A program made the translations under genes and the position numbers. 64,000 nt of DNA, from NCBI RefSeq assembly GCF_009914755.1, contig NC_060945.1; one strand, given 5' to 3'. How positions within the stretch are numbered: position 1 is the stretch's first letter; each line of letters starts with the position of its first letter. The notes beneath the pieces were generated by a model. The model had not been told where the DNA came from. It did no database searches and was given only the letters and a program-made list of their open reading frames with translations. This document shows positions 37,738 to 52,718 of the stretch, piece by piece. The stretch is from the human T2T-CHM13v2.0 reference genome, Homo sapiens.

Positions 37738-37899
37738 AAAGTACTAGTGATAACATGAAGTAGGGCACTGAGAGCGTGGAAAGGTAAATTTTACCTGTAA
37801 GGGAAGGAGGGAAGGCAGGAAAGAGGGAGAACTTGAGATCAACAGGGCTGGTGCCATGAGGATCGCAAGTAGGCTATGGGGAAGGACATTTCAAGGCCG

Positions 37900-38335
37900 T
37901 AGTGGTGAGGATGCAGGTTAGGTACCATAACAAAGAAAGTTCCAAGACAGCAGCTTAGATAAAGTTACAGTCCAGGGAGGTGGCCCAGGGTTGGTTTGAA
38001 AGCTTCATGGTATGAACAACCCAATTCCCTCCCTCTTATTTTTCTGCTATCCTCAACACAGTCTCCATCTTGCTACTCCAAGCCTGCCATCATGCCCATA
38101 TTCTGGGAAGGAGTATGGAGCAGGGAGAGTTCTCCTTCCTTTTAAGGTACAAACCAAGAATGGCATACGTCACTTCTGCTTGTATTCCCTGGGACAGAAC
38201 CTAGCTACAGGGTCACATCAAACTGCAACACAGGTCAGAAAATGTGGGCTTCATCTGGGTGGCCACATGCTAGCTAAAACCTTTACTAAAAAGGGAGGGC
38301 AGACACTGGGGACAAGAAGTAGTCTGTGTCACACC
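37900..38335 (-). mobile_element. Old MLT1-like LTR
   Basis: TCACTTCTGCTTGTATTCCCTGGGACAGAACCTAG...GAAATGTGGGCTTCATCTGGGTGGCCACATG. Confidence 0.5.
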
Positions 38336-39540
38336 AGGCTGAGGAAGGGAGGTCCCCCTCAAAGAGCTCTGCATCCACAGCTTCTGACTCACAGTCCACC
38401 CACAACACAAACCCAGACTGAAACCTGCATTCTCAGGGAGAGGGAATGAATTTCTATAGGAGCTGTGGGGAAATGGGAAATTTTAAATAAGAATAGTCCA
38501 TTTTTCTAGCACTTGCTAGTCTGTAGGGCCTTTTACATTTTACATGTGTTACCTCCTTTAAAATGAGAAGCAGGTGCAATGTGCGCAACTTCCCTTTCAC
38601 AGGTGAGGAGGTGGCGGCGGGGGCTTGCCCAGGCTCCCACAGTGGAAACGAGCAGAGCCTAGGGGTCTCTGAATGACTCCCAGCCCACTGGGCAGCCCAG
38701 ACAAGCTCTCAGTCCCACTGACGCAGGCATCCGTAGGCTAACATGGAATAAGACCATCATAACACGACGTGATGCCCTTGTTCATGCCCAGCCTTTGGGG
38801 GCTGCCCTCCTAACCTCTGTGCCTTCCCTGAAGGGGGTACAGGCAGTCATATTTTGTGTAGCTTCATGACACAGAATCAGCTGCTCATTACGGGATGCAT
38901 CTTTTTCATTCCACCTCCCCCCATGGCCTATCACTGAAGTGAGCCTTATTTTGCAAGGCACATCTTCATTCTTGGTGTGTTAGGAAGGAAAAGGAAAAAA
39001 CGCCTATAATCCACATAAGGCACACAGAATCAAGTGGAATCCAATTCCTCCAAGTTCAAGATGAAGGAAGCTAGATGCAGAGGCTGAATTATGACGACAG
39101 ACATGTCAGTTCATCCCCGGAGTCTAAGATCTAAGACCATGGCCAGGATCAAGCTGCGTTTGAAGGGGCTCTTATCAATCACTATGAAATTCCAGTGTGC
39201 CTGAATCACTATGACTTGGAACCTTTGGATTTCTGCCAAATCACAATTTGGACTCTATCCACAAAGCCAGGCTGTGGCTCTTTCCTTCTTTCCTGATTCA
39301 TGCTCTGCCTTCACCCCTTTCATTGCTTTTTAAAGGTTTATTTTGAAAAGTCTTGTTCAGCCTGAGAACTATCTTTCCCATCAGCCATTTTCCTCTGCTT
39401 CTTAAACTTCCAGGTCAGGGATTCTCTGGAGTATTAAAGGGGGCTCAGCTGATGGTCCTCAGCTCCATTGTGCCCTGTTAGGCAAGTACCTGTCCTGGTG
39501 CAGTGACCCAGACATGCAAGAGAAAGGCTGTGGACTTGGG

Positions 39541-39741
39541 CAGCACTGTCTGGTAGAACATTCCATGATGATGGAAATGGTCTGTATCTACGCTGGCTAA
39601 TATGGTGGCCACATATGGCCATCAAGCACTCAAAATGTGGCCAGTATGACTGTGGAACTGAACTTTCAGTTTTATTTAATTTTAATTAACTTTAACTTCA
39701 ATAGCCACAGGTGGCTGTTGTTCACTATATTGGACAGTGCA
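39541..39741. mobile_element. MER3-like hAT MITE
   Basis: GCACTGTC...TTTTATTTAATTTTAATTAA...AATAGCCACAGGTGGCT...TTGGACAGTGC. Confidence 0.75.
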
Positions 39742-40439
39742 GCTCTACAAGCAGAGGCCACAGGATCTCTGGACCTCACCGGGTGCATCATCAATCTTGG
39801 ATTTCCCCTGCTAAAACCCATACAATCTGGCCAGGCTCAAAATGCAGAGGGTTTTCTCAAAGTGAGAAGTATGGCTTTTACCACAAAACATTATTTGTAT
39901 TGATTCCATTTGCAAGAAAAACCATCATTCTGGACCAGCTGAGATCATCCGATTTCTGAAGAATCACAGAGTTAGAACTGTTGGCCGATTGCTTGTAGAC
40001 ATCTGTGACGATAAGCTTACGTCACTACCCTTGCCCCTCTCTAACCCACTCCCAACACCTACAACTCTTATTTCTATCCTTCTTCTTCATAAAACTCATT
40101 TTCCATTTTTCCCTCTAGCCTAAATCATGAGCACTAGCACCTTATCAGCAGCCAAGAAAAGCACATCATGTTTCCTTTACTGACTTTCTCATTAAGTTGC
40201 CCCCATTTCTCCCCCTACTCAAATAGTTGAAGATAGGAGTTTCAAAGGTTTTGTTTTAAAAGGTATGCCTACTGTCCAGAAAAACTTTCCCCAGGTCTTT
40301 GATGACCCTCTGGAAAGTTATTTAATTTTCCCAAGATCTGTTGTAGATAAAGAAATTCTTTGGGTAGGGAGGATAGACTTGGCACAAGCTCAACTGCAAA
40401 AGTATTATTGGGTTAATACGGTAGTTGTTGACTCTTCTT

Positions 40440-40654
40440 CAGGGATTCTCAATAATGGTCCTGTTACATTTGGGGCCAGATACTTCTCTGTGGTGGGGGC
40501 TGTCCTGCGCAGTGTAGGATGTTCAGCAGTATCCCTGGCCTCTACTTGCCAGTTGCCAGTGATACCCTGTCCCCAGTTGGGAAAACTGAAAATGTCACCA
40601 GACATTGCCAAGCATCCCCTGGGGGACAAAATCTCCCCCAGTTGAAAATCCCTG
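40440..40654. mobile_element. MER20 hAT element
   Basis: TIRs CAGGGATTCTCAA ... TTGAAAATCCCTG; internal CCAGACATTGCCAAG. Confidence 0.85.
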
Positions 40655-41402
40655 CTCTACTTCCATTTAACATCCACACTGAGCTGAGACAAGAGAGCAG
40701 AAGAGGAAAAAGCCACACAAAGCCATCCATTTCTATTTGAATCCTTAACTGTCATGATCCTCTTTCTTGTTTAGAATTCTTATTAGTAATGGACTTTTGC
40801 CCTAAACTTTGAGAAGTGAGAGGAGAGGAGGACATGGTGATTTTGCCTACATACCTCTGGAACATATTTTGGAACCAAGAAAGGTAGATCTGAAAATGCC
40901 AGGAGCTTGATTCATTTGGTTTCCTACATGGGAACTGTTTAAAATTAAGAGACAATGCACTCTGATATGACTCGCCAATTGTACACTGAATTCAATAAAA
41001 TGTTAATAAGAAAAGTTCACATGGATTGCACTCTTACCATATGCTAAGCATTGTTGCAGGTGTACTGATTCAATGACTATTTTTATTCCTACTTTACCCA
41101 TGAGGAATCGGAAGCACAGACATCATGCAGTTAGTGAGTTGCAGAGATGGGATTCAACATCCCAGGCATATAAGGATTGCGCTGTATGGGCAGACCAAAA
41201 AAGTATACATGGCCCCTCTAAATTTTCTTTTTAAAAACATTGATTTTTAAATTAACTTTTCACTGTGGAATAATTCTAGATTCACAGAAAAGTTGCAATG
41301 ATAGTACAGAAATTTCCTGTATATACCTCACCCAGCTTTCTCTAACGTTCACGTCTTTCATAACCTTGGTACATTTGTCACAACTAAGAAATTAAAATGG
41401 AT

Positions 41403-41736
41403 GGCTAGGTGCGGTGCCTCAAGCTTGCAATCACAGCACTTTGGGAGGCCAAGGGGGTGAATTTCTTGAGTCTAGGACTTTAAGACCAGCCTGGCAATAT
41501 GGCAAAACCCCATCTATTAGCCAGGTGTGGTGGTGCACACCTGTCATCCTAGCTGTTCGGGAGGCTGAGGTGGGGAGGATCAGTTGAACCCAGGAGGCTG
41601 AGCCTGCAGTGAGCTGTGATCACGCCACTGCACACCAGCCTGGGCAACAGAATAAGACCCTGAAAAAAGAAAAAGAAAGAAAGAGAGAGAGAGAAAGGAA
41701 GGACGGAAGGAAGGAAGGAAGGAAGGAAGGAAGGAA

Positions 41737-41814
<78 letters not shown>

Positions 41815-41816
41815 AA
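41403..41816 (+). mobile_element. AluJ with tail expanded into a purine microsatellite
   Basis: Diverged dimer; TSD AAGAAATTAA(A/C)ATGG. Confidence 0.9.
41662..41816. repeat. Compound (GA)n(GGAA)9(GAAA)19 STR
   Basis: Direct reading. Confidence 0.95.
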
Positions 41817-43007
41817 TTAACATGGTTACAATGACATTAACTAAACCACAGATTTGGTTCAGAGTTCACCAGTTTTTCCATGAGTGTCCTTTGTTCCGCA
41901 GAAGAATACAGAGTATCCAATACAGGACAGCACATTGCATTTAGTTGGGGTTTATTTTTAATAGTGTTGACTAGACTTGTTCCTCACAACCCCTTCTAGA
42001 TCAAAGCAATTACAGATGCTGCTCCTATGGAAGATGTTATACAAAAATTCCACTGTTGTGCAAAATGGACACAGAGAAAGCTAATCACCACTGTATTAAG
42101 GTTTGGTAGAAGGAGATTTATGGGATTAAGGGGGAAATCAGGTGAGCATGGCACACTGGGAGGAAGTATTAAAATTGCTGAGAGTGGAACAGGGCTGGAA
42201 CCCCCTAAGGGATGTACAATTAAAACACAACAGATAACGATTCCCCTGAAAAGGGATGGAACGAGAAAGACAAGTGTCACAGAGAACTGCTTAGGGAAGC
42301 AAAGGGTCCATTTTACAAAGTGGCAAGAGAAAAGAGAATCTGCCTAGTAAGTCCTCTTAGTAGGAGACTAACTGCAGGTATGACTTAGGCTGCTGAGTGG
42401 TTAAGACTTTACAAGGGAAAAATGAGAGAGAGAGAAGAGACAGGAGTGTATGCCAGCCACGTATGTGCATATAGAAGAGACATGTCTGTTTCAGACCTGC
42501 CCACAACCTGAACAAGCCTCATTTCTGTAATTACAAAGAGCTCACTTGATTCTAAATCTGCAGTGTAAGCATTCAGAATCCACCTCATCAGTGTCAACAG
42601 GCAAGAAACCTGTACTTAAAGGCACTGCCAATGTGCCTTGGGGAATCGCTTAGAAATCCAGTGCCATTGTTAGAAAACAAGGGTTAGGCCCCAGATTGGG
42701 ACACATGTAAGATAACATACAACACAGTTCTCTCTCCAAAACTTCTCATGCATTCTCCTGCCCACACCATGTCCAAGAGGTAACTGGGATTTGCTACGAT
42801 TTTTTTTTTACAAGGACTATAAAACAATGCCAGAGAAGAGGGGCAGGATCAGGAGACTGGAAAACAAGGAAAGGTGATATGGTAGGAAGCAGGCTCTCTC
42901 CATCTGGCATGTGACATCATCCCCCTACCCCTCGCCTCCTTCCCTGCCCCCCAACTCTATCTCCACCGTTCTCCATATGCACGTTCCTCTTTTAAAGTGT
43001 TAATTTT

Positions 43008-43384
<377 letters not shown>

Positions 43385-45809
43385 TTACCAGGAGAGTGGA
43401 TGGCATCCAATCTTCTTCAAATCGAGGCACGAAGTTTTTAGAAGTACATAGAATTTGAGCAATCTAACATGTCATGGAACAAACCCAAACCATAACCTTC
43501 ATGCTAATGAAATCACAAGAAATAAATGCATGGGAGATTTGCATGAAGGTGACTGAAATTAATAAACTATATCGTGCTCCATTGGAAAGGATCGAAGAGC
43601 AGATGCTAACTTAGCTGACCTGACAATAAGTGGAGTAGTGATTAGCCATGCTGCAGTGACTCACTGACCTGGCAAGCACCATCTGAGAGCAGTCCAATTT
43701 AAGTCAGTCACCATAGCGTCAGGGCGGGAGGGAGACAGGGATCTCCCAATGAGGTTCGTGCCCTTCCCTCTGGAAAGACCAGCTAAAGAGTCAACAGGGT
43801 AGCTGATAACACCAAATAATGTTGTTCTACACATAGGAGACAACAGATGTGTCCTGGATGATTTAGAAGAGGGGAAGAGAAAGAACACACGAGGGGCCCA
43901 GAAGCCAGGGAAGGCTTCAGGAAGGAGGGAGATTTCAACTGGTCCTGATAGATGAATCAGATTGAAGCAGGGAATTGAGGGATGCTAACAGTTAGACCAC
44001 CCTTGGGTTGATTCTGCTCAGAGAGTTCTAGAATCCTGATGATGGAAAGAGCAAAGTCAGCTCATGGTATGGGGTGAGACCTGTGCTCCATCGTCATAGC
44101 CCACAAACCCTGGCACATCCATGGCAGGGCCTGACCCCAAACCTAGAGTCAGCATCTTCAAGGGTTAGTGCCACGAATTTGTATGTTCGTAATTACCAGG
44201 TGATTCTGATCTAATGACCCCTATCTCAAAGATGAAGAAATCGAGGTCCAGGGAAAGGATGTGATTGGCTCATGGGGCATATATTGTGAATTCATTTAGG
44301 ATGTGACTTTCCAACCATTTCTCCAATACTTCTCCATGAAGGGTGTGCTCTGAAACCCCACCTGCAGAGGCAAGCAGGGTCACCCTACACCTCTCTTTGG
44401 CTGGACTCTGTCTCCTCGACTGGGTTCGGAAGGTTGTAATGGTGCATGGCAGCTTCTCTGCTCCATTGTTAATAATCCACTCATCTGGAAGAAAAAGCAG
44501 CAGCTTCTTCCACCACCCCGGAATTGCAACATTTGTCCTTAGTGAAGCAGGGGATGGAAAAAAAAAGAAAACTCTGCTGATACAGTTTTGCCTTTTCCTG
44601 CAGGTCCTTTGGACTCAGCCTGAGAACCTGCCCCAGCTGCAGAAGCGCTGTCTCTAAAGGGCTGCCGTCTTAACCCCTTAACCCAAATTTCATTCCCTCA
44701 AGGCTTGCCAGGGGCCGGTCTGTCGTCACAGGCATTCCTTGCAGATGCATCAAGGTTATTTTCCCATTTTTGAAAGGATGTGTGGGAACATGGAAATTCT
44801 GCTCTGTTTCAGCCAAAACAGAAAAACAGGATTGTGTTCCTAAATCCTTGAATTCCTCTCCCTGCTCCTCTCATCATTTCCTGAAATCCCACTTGTATGT
44901 CCTCCTGCAAGACTTTGCAGTGCCTCTGTTATCTGACTGCACCCAAGCAGGCATCATTAAGACCAACTCCCAGTTGCTTTTTAACAAGCTGCCCCACCCA
45001 CCATCTCGGTCCCCCCCAGAGCATCCCCATCTTTTCTGTTTCCAAAGATATTTTTATACCTTTTGTTTCAAAGATGATTCCTCCCAGGACAGGGCTCTCT
45101 GACCACCTGGTCCTGTGCACACCCTCTGTCCCCTGCACTGATGCCCTTTGCCCTGACATCCCTTCAGCTTTGCTAGGACAAGGGTCTCTGGCAAGGGGCT
45201 GAGGCCACTGGCTTAAGTGGGGTTTAGAGATCACACATTTATTTCATGTATCCTTGCTTCCCTCTAACACTGAAAACCTGTCAGTTACTCATTCATTCAT
45301 CAAATATGAAGCACCTATTGGATACCAAGCACTGTATGAAGCCCTGCGATGGCTGGGAGGTTGCTATGGCTCCTTATGTATTCAGATCCAACACGACAGA
45401 CTGAGGAAACGATTTAGGAATCAAAATCAGAGCTGCCTCAAGAAGTGGATCGAAGAATCCAAGTGACTGCAAAGTCTTTTTCTTCCTTTTGTAAATAAAC
45501 AGTTATGAAGAGACAAGAAAAAACATCTCACAACTCTGTCTGGTTCCAGGGAATTGGGCTGGTCATATGTGAGGCTTTAGGCACAGAGCTTCATTTCATT
45601 CTATTCACGTAATGCACAAGTATTAAGTGCCTCCCATGTTGAAGGGTCCTTCCTTTCCATAGGATATCTGCAATCCAAGGCCTATGAGGTCATGGTGATG
45701 GGTCTGAAAAACCCAACAGGTATGAAAATGTTCTAGAGACATGCTGTACAATGACATGAATATAGTTGACACTCCTGAACAGTCGCTGTAATTAAAAATG
45801 GTTGTGATC

Positions 45810-46210
<401 letters not shown>

Positions 46211-46885
46211 TCATGCACACTGGCTTATGGGCAGTGCCAGGAAAGACCCATTTCCCAGTAGCAGGCCCAGCACGAAAGAGCCGACGGGGTGAGGGGTGGG
46301 CCAGGGGTCCCAGGCAGAGGGGCCAGGACATTTGAGGCTGCCTCATCTGTGCATACGTCCTAGGGATGGAGCCAATAAGAGACAGATGTGCCCTAGACCC
46401 TACCTGCTCCGTAGGCAAAAGCCAATCACAGCCAGGGATCCCAACATTTGCGTGAATGCTAATTGAGGCTTTTTATTTCTTAACTTGTGAAGATGGCAGA
46501 AGTTTTATTTTCTTACTTCTCAGAATTCCGCCTGGCCTACCAGATGCCTAGCTCTTAAAAGGACCTCGTTCTCTGCACTGATGGACTCTGGCAGAGTTTG
46601 GGATGGGAGGTGGTGGTGAAGAGGAGGCAGTCCTACACTTTAAGTGAGAAAAGTACAAAAAAGAACGGTCTCTAAAACACAGCTGCCAATGTCAGTGGGG
46701 TTCCTTCATTCTTGAAATTCACCTGATGACGGTGAACAGGTTCAATATGAAGTTCATTTTTCAATTCATTCTATCTCATCTGAGTACCTACTCTGGGACC
46801 ATGGACTGTATAGAAATTAGGACTTGAAATTGTCCTTTGCCACCTCCTTCCTTCACCTTATGGAGTACAGAACAATGGCTCTGGG

Positions 46886-47056
46886 CAGGGCCAGCTTCAG
46901 GTGTGCATGACCCATTGGGACAGTGGCGTAGAACCCCGTGCTTGGAAGAGCCTTGAACGTGGTCAATGCTCTGCTGTCAGCCCTTCCTGACTTTTAAATA
47001 AGGGGGCCCCATATTTACATTTCATACTAAGGCTCAAAAATCATGTAGCTGGTTTT
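46886..47056. mobile_element. MER91-like hAT relic
   Basis: CAGGGCCAGCTTCA ... GGGGCCCCATATTT...ATGTAGCTGG. Confidence 0.45.
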
Positions 47057-47310
47057 GCTCTTGGTAATGAAAGACTCCTTGAGGTGGTTCCCACAGTTTT
47101 CCATATCCCAGCCAGGGCTCTCTTCACACTGTCCCCACTTCCATGGCTGGAGCCGTAGTTTTTTCCTGGTCATAACTGTGGAAGGCAGGAAAAACTCACT
47201 TCTTAAGTCCTAACCCAAGATCATATTTTTTCCTGTTAAAAATTGCTGTTCATCTTAAAGTAGCAACATGAGTCTTAAACGGGATTCAGTACTTCAGTCC
47301 AATGTGCTAA

Positions 47311-47718
<408 letters not shown>

Positions 47719-48978
47719 TAAATTTCCCTGTGAGTCCTACCTAGGCCTAAGGAAGGAAAGGGAAGTCCAACACAAGAAAAACATCTTCACTCCTTAAAAC
47801 TCTTAAACATGTAGGCTCCCCACGTCGTATACATTAACATCTCTGCTAATGTATGAAATAAATTTCTGGCACAAAAATCCTAACTCATTCATTAAGAACA
47901 ACAGGAAAGCAAGTTCTACCAAACACCATAATCAACCCACTGATATTTACCGATAGCCTTCCCTCACCCCCACCCCCAACCCCACTCCCACTGTGGGACT
48001 TAAAAGGACAAAATATTTTTGTGAAAACAGCATTTGTGTGCTTTTTTTTTTAAGGGCTAAGAATGTGAGATCTAAATCAATTCTAATATATTTCAAATAT
48101 ATTCATTATCATGCACTAAAAGAGAATTCCCATTTTGTGGTTCTCCAAGGAGAGTGACAGAGCCTTGTTTGTAACAGCCCCGGGCATAAGCAATCATTGT
48201 GTAGCTTAATTAGATATTCCCCGTGCTAGTGTGAGGGACATATGTCCATTCACTGTGACAAACACTGACAGCGGCCGGCGCTTTCATGATCCTGCTCTAT
48301 GCAGATAAAGGCAACGCAAGTGCGAGCTCTCCCAAGGACCTGTGGCCCCAGCCGGCCCCGGCACAATCAGCCCGCATTCACCGATTGGTTCCAGTTTATT
48401 AATAGCCTATGAACTTCTCATCTGCTCCCGGACTGGTTAGGACTGTCACCTGCAACTGCCAGGCCAGAAAAGGCTTTTCCACTCCTCGGGATCCGAGCGG
48501 ATCTGGGTCTGCTGGGCCAGGCGCACTTTGTATTTTCCAACACAAAGAACAATGGATTTGAGGAGTTGTAAATTGCAAGAGTGGAAAAGCAGATCACGTT
48601 TTAGGTGGGTCCAGAAGGGAAGGCCACCCCACAGTCAAAGGGAAGGCAACTAGAAGCTAAAATAGGCTTGGCTAATTTTAAAAGCTACTTAAATTCTTAT
48701 AGTTCCAATTTTTAAATATACCTTCAAATGAATAGGAGTGGAGGGGAGCGTCCAAATGGGGAAAAGTCTTGGCCCATGTCCTCACCTTCTCTTTGGAAAA
48801 GGCAAACTATGAAAACAGGGGATGAATACCAGAATGTCCCTGGGTCCCCAATATTCTCTTGCACACCCCACCTTAGAAGTCTGTCTCCACCCTCTTCTCA
48901 GAACCGAGTCCAACTTTTTTCGGCTGAAAACCCGTTTTGATCAGGAATTCTCCCTGACTTTTTTCTCCTCTGGGGAAA

Positions 48979-49365
48979 TGTGTATTCGTTAGCTCATGCT
49001 GCCATAACAAAGTATAGCAAACTGGGTCGTTTAAGCAACAGCCATTTATTGGCTCACAGTTCTGGAAGCCAGAAGTATAAAATCCAGCTGTCAATTGTGT
49101 TGGTTCCTTCCGTGAGGGAAGGATCTGTTCCAGGCCCCTCTCCTTGGCTTCTAGAGGGCTGTCTTCTCCATGGGTCTTCATGTTATCTCCCTTCCATACG
49201 TATCTGTCTCTGTGTCCAAATTTCCCCTTTGCCGAAAGACATGAGTCACAATGGATTAGGGCCCACACTAAAGAAATCATTTTAACTTGATTACCTCTTT
49301 AATTGATTACCTCTACTTCCAAATACAGTCACTTTCTGAGGTACTGGGTGGTAGAATTCCAACAT
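48979..49365 (-). mobile_element. MLT1A/B-like LTR
   Basis: GCTGCCATAACAAAGTATAGCAAACTGGGTCGTTTAAGC...CCAAATACAGTCACTTTCTGAGGTACTGG. Confidence 0.8.
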
Positions 49366-50896
49366 ATCTTATTCCCAAGGTATGTTGGGAAAGGAATCTT
49401 TCTTCCATTTCTTAAGGGACCTAATACAAAAGCACCACTTGCTCTAACTCCCCACCCAGACTGGAGATATATTAGGTCCCCTGGCCAAATATCAACCCCA
49501 TCCTCTAAGATCATTGCAAAATAAACCACTTTCAAATAGAGAGAGGCCCTCTCTGTCTTTGTCTTCTACTGTTACATAGGGGCTACTCTGGTGGAATTTG
49601 AGTCTTTAAAAATGGTCCAATTCTATTTCAAAGAAAGCCAGAACTTGAAAAGACCTAAGAGAAGAGTTGAACCCCTCTGTGCAATGGGCCCAAAGGGGAA
49701 ATGGCCTGAGGTCACCACGCTAGTTGGTGATAGAACGGAGTCTAGAATCCAGGCAGCATTCAGCTCCTCTGATGGGTCCACAGAGCAGTAGGAAGTCTTG
49801 ATGCCAGCTAGTGAGGGAACCCCTCAGTTTAACTCCTCTGAGACTGGAGAGCTCCCAGGCACCCTTGACTGGCTTTTCTCTCCTCTTTATAGGGAATCCA
49901 AGAATCCCCCATCTGGACCACTATAGAAAGGCACACTGTCAACCTGCATCAGCGCAATGCTTCCACTAACTGGACAGATCTAGAATTAAGGCACCAAAGA
50001 AAGAGGTCCACCTGGTCAGTTGATAATTGATACTCTTTATAATTGCAAGTTAATGGGCTCTTGAAGTCTGGCAGATCTGGGTTTGAACACCAGCACCACC
50101 ATCTACCAGCAGTGTGACTGGCATCCACCATTTAACCTCAGCTTTTTTGTAAAATTCCTACCTCTCCCAGTTGTCATGAGAATGGACATCAATAATGCAT
50201 ATACATTTCTTGATAGCAATAACATAACTGACCTTAAAATAGGTCATTTTTATTAGTTATCCTCCTTAGGCAGAAATGCATTGGTCACATGGTGGACCCA
50301 GAAATGGGAAGTTGTTTTACACAAATTAAAACAAAGCAAAGCTTTATTTTCCTCTTATCCAAAGCTATTTCAGAGAATAAATAATCAGGAAGCAGCTGTC
50401 AAGTGAGGTAGATGAATGGTTAGTTTTCCCAGATATCACTTCATTCCACTCCTACAGACCATAAGCTGGCAGAACTGATCAACAGGAACAATTTAAGAAT
50501 GCTGCCTAGGGGCACTCCAATGAGCTTTTTATCCCCATCAGTTGTGGATAGCCACTGTGGTAGGACAGAGGAAAATAGATGGAATGTCAATATAAGTATC
50601 AACTGGAAAGGTTCTCCCAAATTAAATAATTAGCCTGGAAGACAAACCCCAATGTCTGATGAGGACTCAGTGGTCCATTTGTGAGGTGAACATGAATCCC
50701 TTCTAAGGAGGCAGCTCCCTTTGAATGCTTCTACCAAAGTTTTCCATAATCTTTGGTGTCTATGAGGTCAGCAGGTCAGGTTATTATCACTCTAATATTG
50801 TTCCATGGGTCATGTGGTCAAGAGATTCCCAGAGTCACATGGCAGAGCCAAGACCAGGATCAGGGCTTCTGCCACTGGACTAGGCTCATCCCTTTC

Positions 50897-50946
50897 ACTG
50901 TTCCAGACTGTTCTAGATTATTCCAGACTGTTCCACACTGTTCCAC
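50897..50946. repeat. 10-bp minisatellite ACTGTTCCA(G/C) x5
   Basis: Direct reading. Confidence 0.85.
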
Positions 50947-51499
50947 ATTCTCATGTGTGCCTTGGGGCCCAAAATAGGGATGCTTGAAAAACTGCCACAT
51001 ATTGTTTTCAGGCATATTCCAAATGTCTAAGAGATTTATAGAGCCATTTTGTCTTTACTATTAATGAAGGTGACAACTGGCCACCATCAATCTCACTAAT
51101 GTGAATGCAAAATAACTCTACAAATCTCTTAGACACAAGAATGGAAGCTGGGCATGCCCCCGCGTGAGGTTATTTCAGAGTCACCTGAAGGTCTTCCATC
51201 TCCCACCTCCCCAGTTACAATGTTTTGAACTTTTTATTTCCTTGGATGTCTCAAATATCCATAGAGCTTAAATGCAAATGTCTGTAAAAAATAAAAAAAT
51301 ACAAGGGGCTTCCTCAGCAGTTTACCTCCATGTGATATGCCTATGTCCAATACAGAAACACCTAGTCAGACGCACTTCCCATGCCCAAAGGGGCAGACAG
51401 CTCTTCTTGTTGTATGTGGTTGGCAGGGGGAGTCAGACCCATGGAAACATTTTTACAGTTAGGAAATGCAGGCAAGAGTTATGCACACACAAGGGCTGG

Positions 51500-52100
51500 G
51501 GGCTGTTTCAATTCTATATTGTAGCAGAGCAAACTATCTCCAAACTTAGTGACTTACAACCACCAGTTCATGATTTATCAAGACCCTGAGGGTGGGAAGT
51601 CTGGAGAGGGTATCATGGGGATGGCTCCCCTCTGCTCCATGAGCGGGGCTGGGATGTCCATGATGGCTTCTTCCCTCCCGTGTCTGGTGCCTCAGCTAGG
51701 ATCAGTCAGGGTCACCACTAAATAATTGGCACGGATGGCTTAAATGGAGGGGGTTGGCTGGATCTGCTCGGTGGGGGGCTCACAAGGCCTTGGGTTAAGG
51801 TCTGAGGTCTTGGGTCCCTTTCCTCTCTTTCCATGTAGACTCAGGACATCTCTCCCTCTCTCCATGTGGCCCCTCTGGCTGAGCTTCTAAAATGGCAGCT
51901 GGCTTCCAAAAACACAAAAGTGAAGGCTGCCAGACTTCCTTAAGGTTTAGGCCCAGAACAGGTATAACTTCACTTCTATTGCATCCTGTTGACTAAAGTG
52001 TGTCACGCGGCCAGCCCAGATTTAATTTGGAAGGGAATTACACATAGACTTGGGTACTGGAGGTGTGTTGCAGTGGGGGCTATCTTTGGAAGCCAGCTAC
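51500..52100 (-). mobile_element. Old MLT1 (F-H-like) LTR
   Basis: CCAAACTTAGTGACTTACAAC...TCACTTCTATTGCATCCTGTTGACTAAAG...GGCCAGCCCAGATT. Confidence 0.6.
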
Positions 52101-52718
52101 CTTAGGAGCTCACCCTTTCCACCTTCTGCCCCTGCAAGGGCTGAACAGATCAGTCTCCATCTTTGAGTGGTGCTCCCCTCAGGACAGCACAGGAGAGGCT
52201 GGGTCTGCCATTCCCCCCGGGGACTTAATTCTCAGCCACATGAGAGTACTGGCAATGGATGAACATGGATGGCACCATCTAGCCAAGGATGGAAAATTCT
52301 CCCTGCGCAAATGTGAACAAAAGCAGTTTGCAGTATGTAAGCAATTGCTCAAGGCTGATAACAGCCTCAGGGGGAAGTCCAACATGAGAAAGCAGAGGGT
52401 GCCTGGTCTCCACGGACTCTTAGTGGGCATTTGTGCACATCTAGCAGAGGAGAACGGAGGATCTGACAGCCTTTGTGCAGCAGGCTGGAGTTGAGCTCCC
52501 TCGGGATTTGCATCTGGTGATAAATGGAGGCTGGCTGCACATGAACACTGTCTGTCTGAGGCTGTGCAGTAACCCCAAAAGGACAGTGGTGGACAGGATT
52601 CCCCTCAAATGGGAAAAGATAAACAGGAAGTGTGGGGTGGGGTATTGGAGTCTGTTATGTCCGCTGTGGACGTTTTGTTTCCCCAAGGTCAAGATGCCTC
52701 TATAAAAGATGTGTGGTT

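Larger units (their letters stand above)
41245..41948 (-). mobile_element. L1MB/MC-like 3' end interrupted by an Alu
   Basis: AGATTCACAGAAAAGTTGCAA...GGTACATTTGTCACAACTAAGAAA [Alu] ...ACATTGCATTTAGTTG. Confidence 0.7.
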
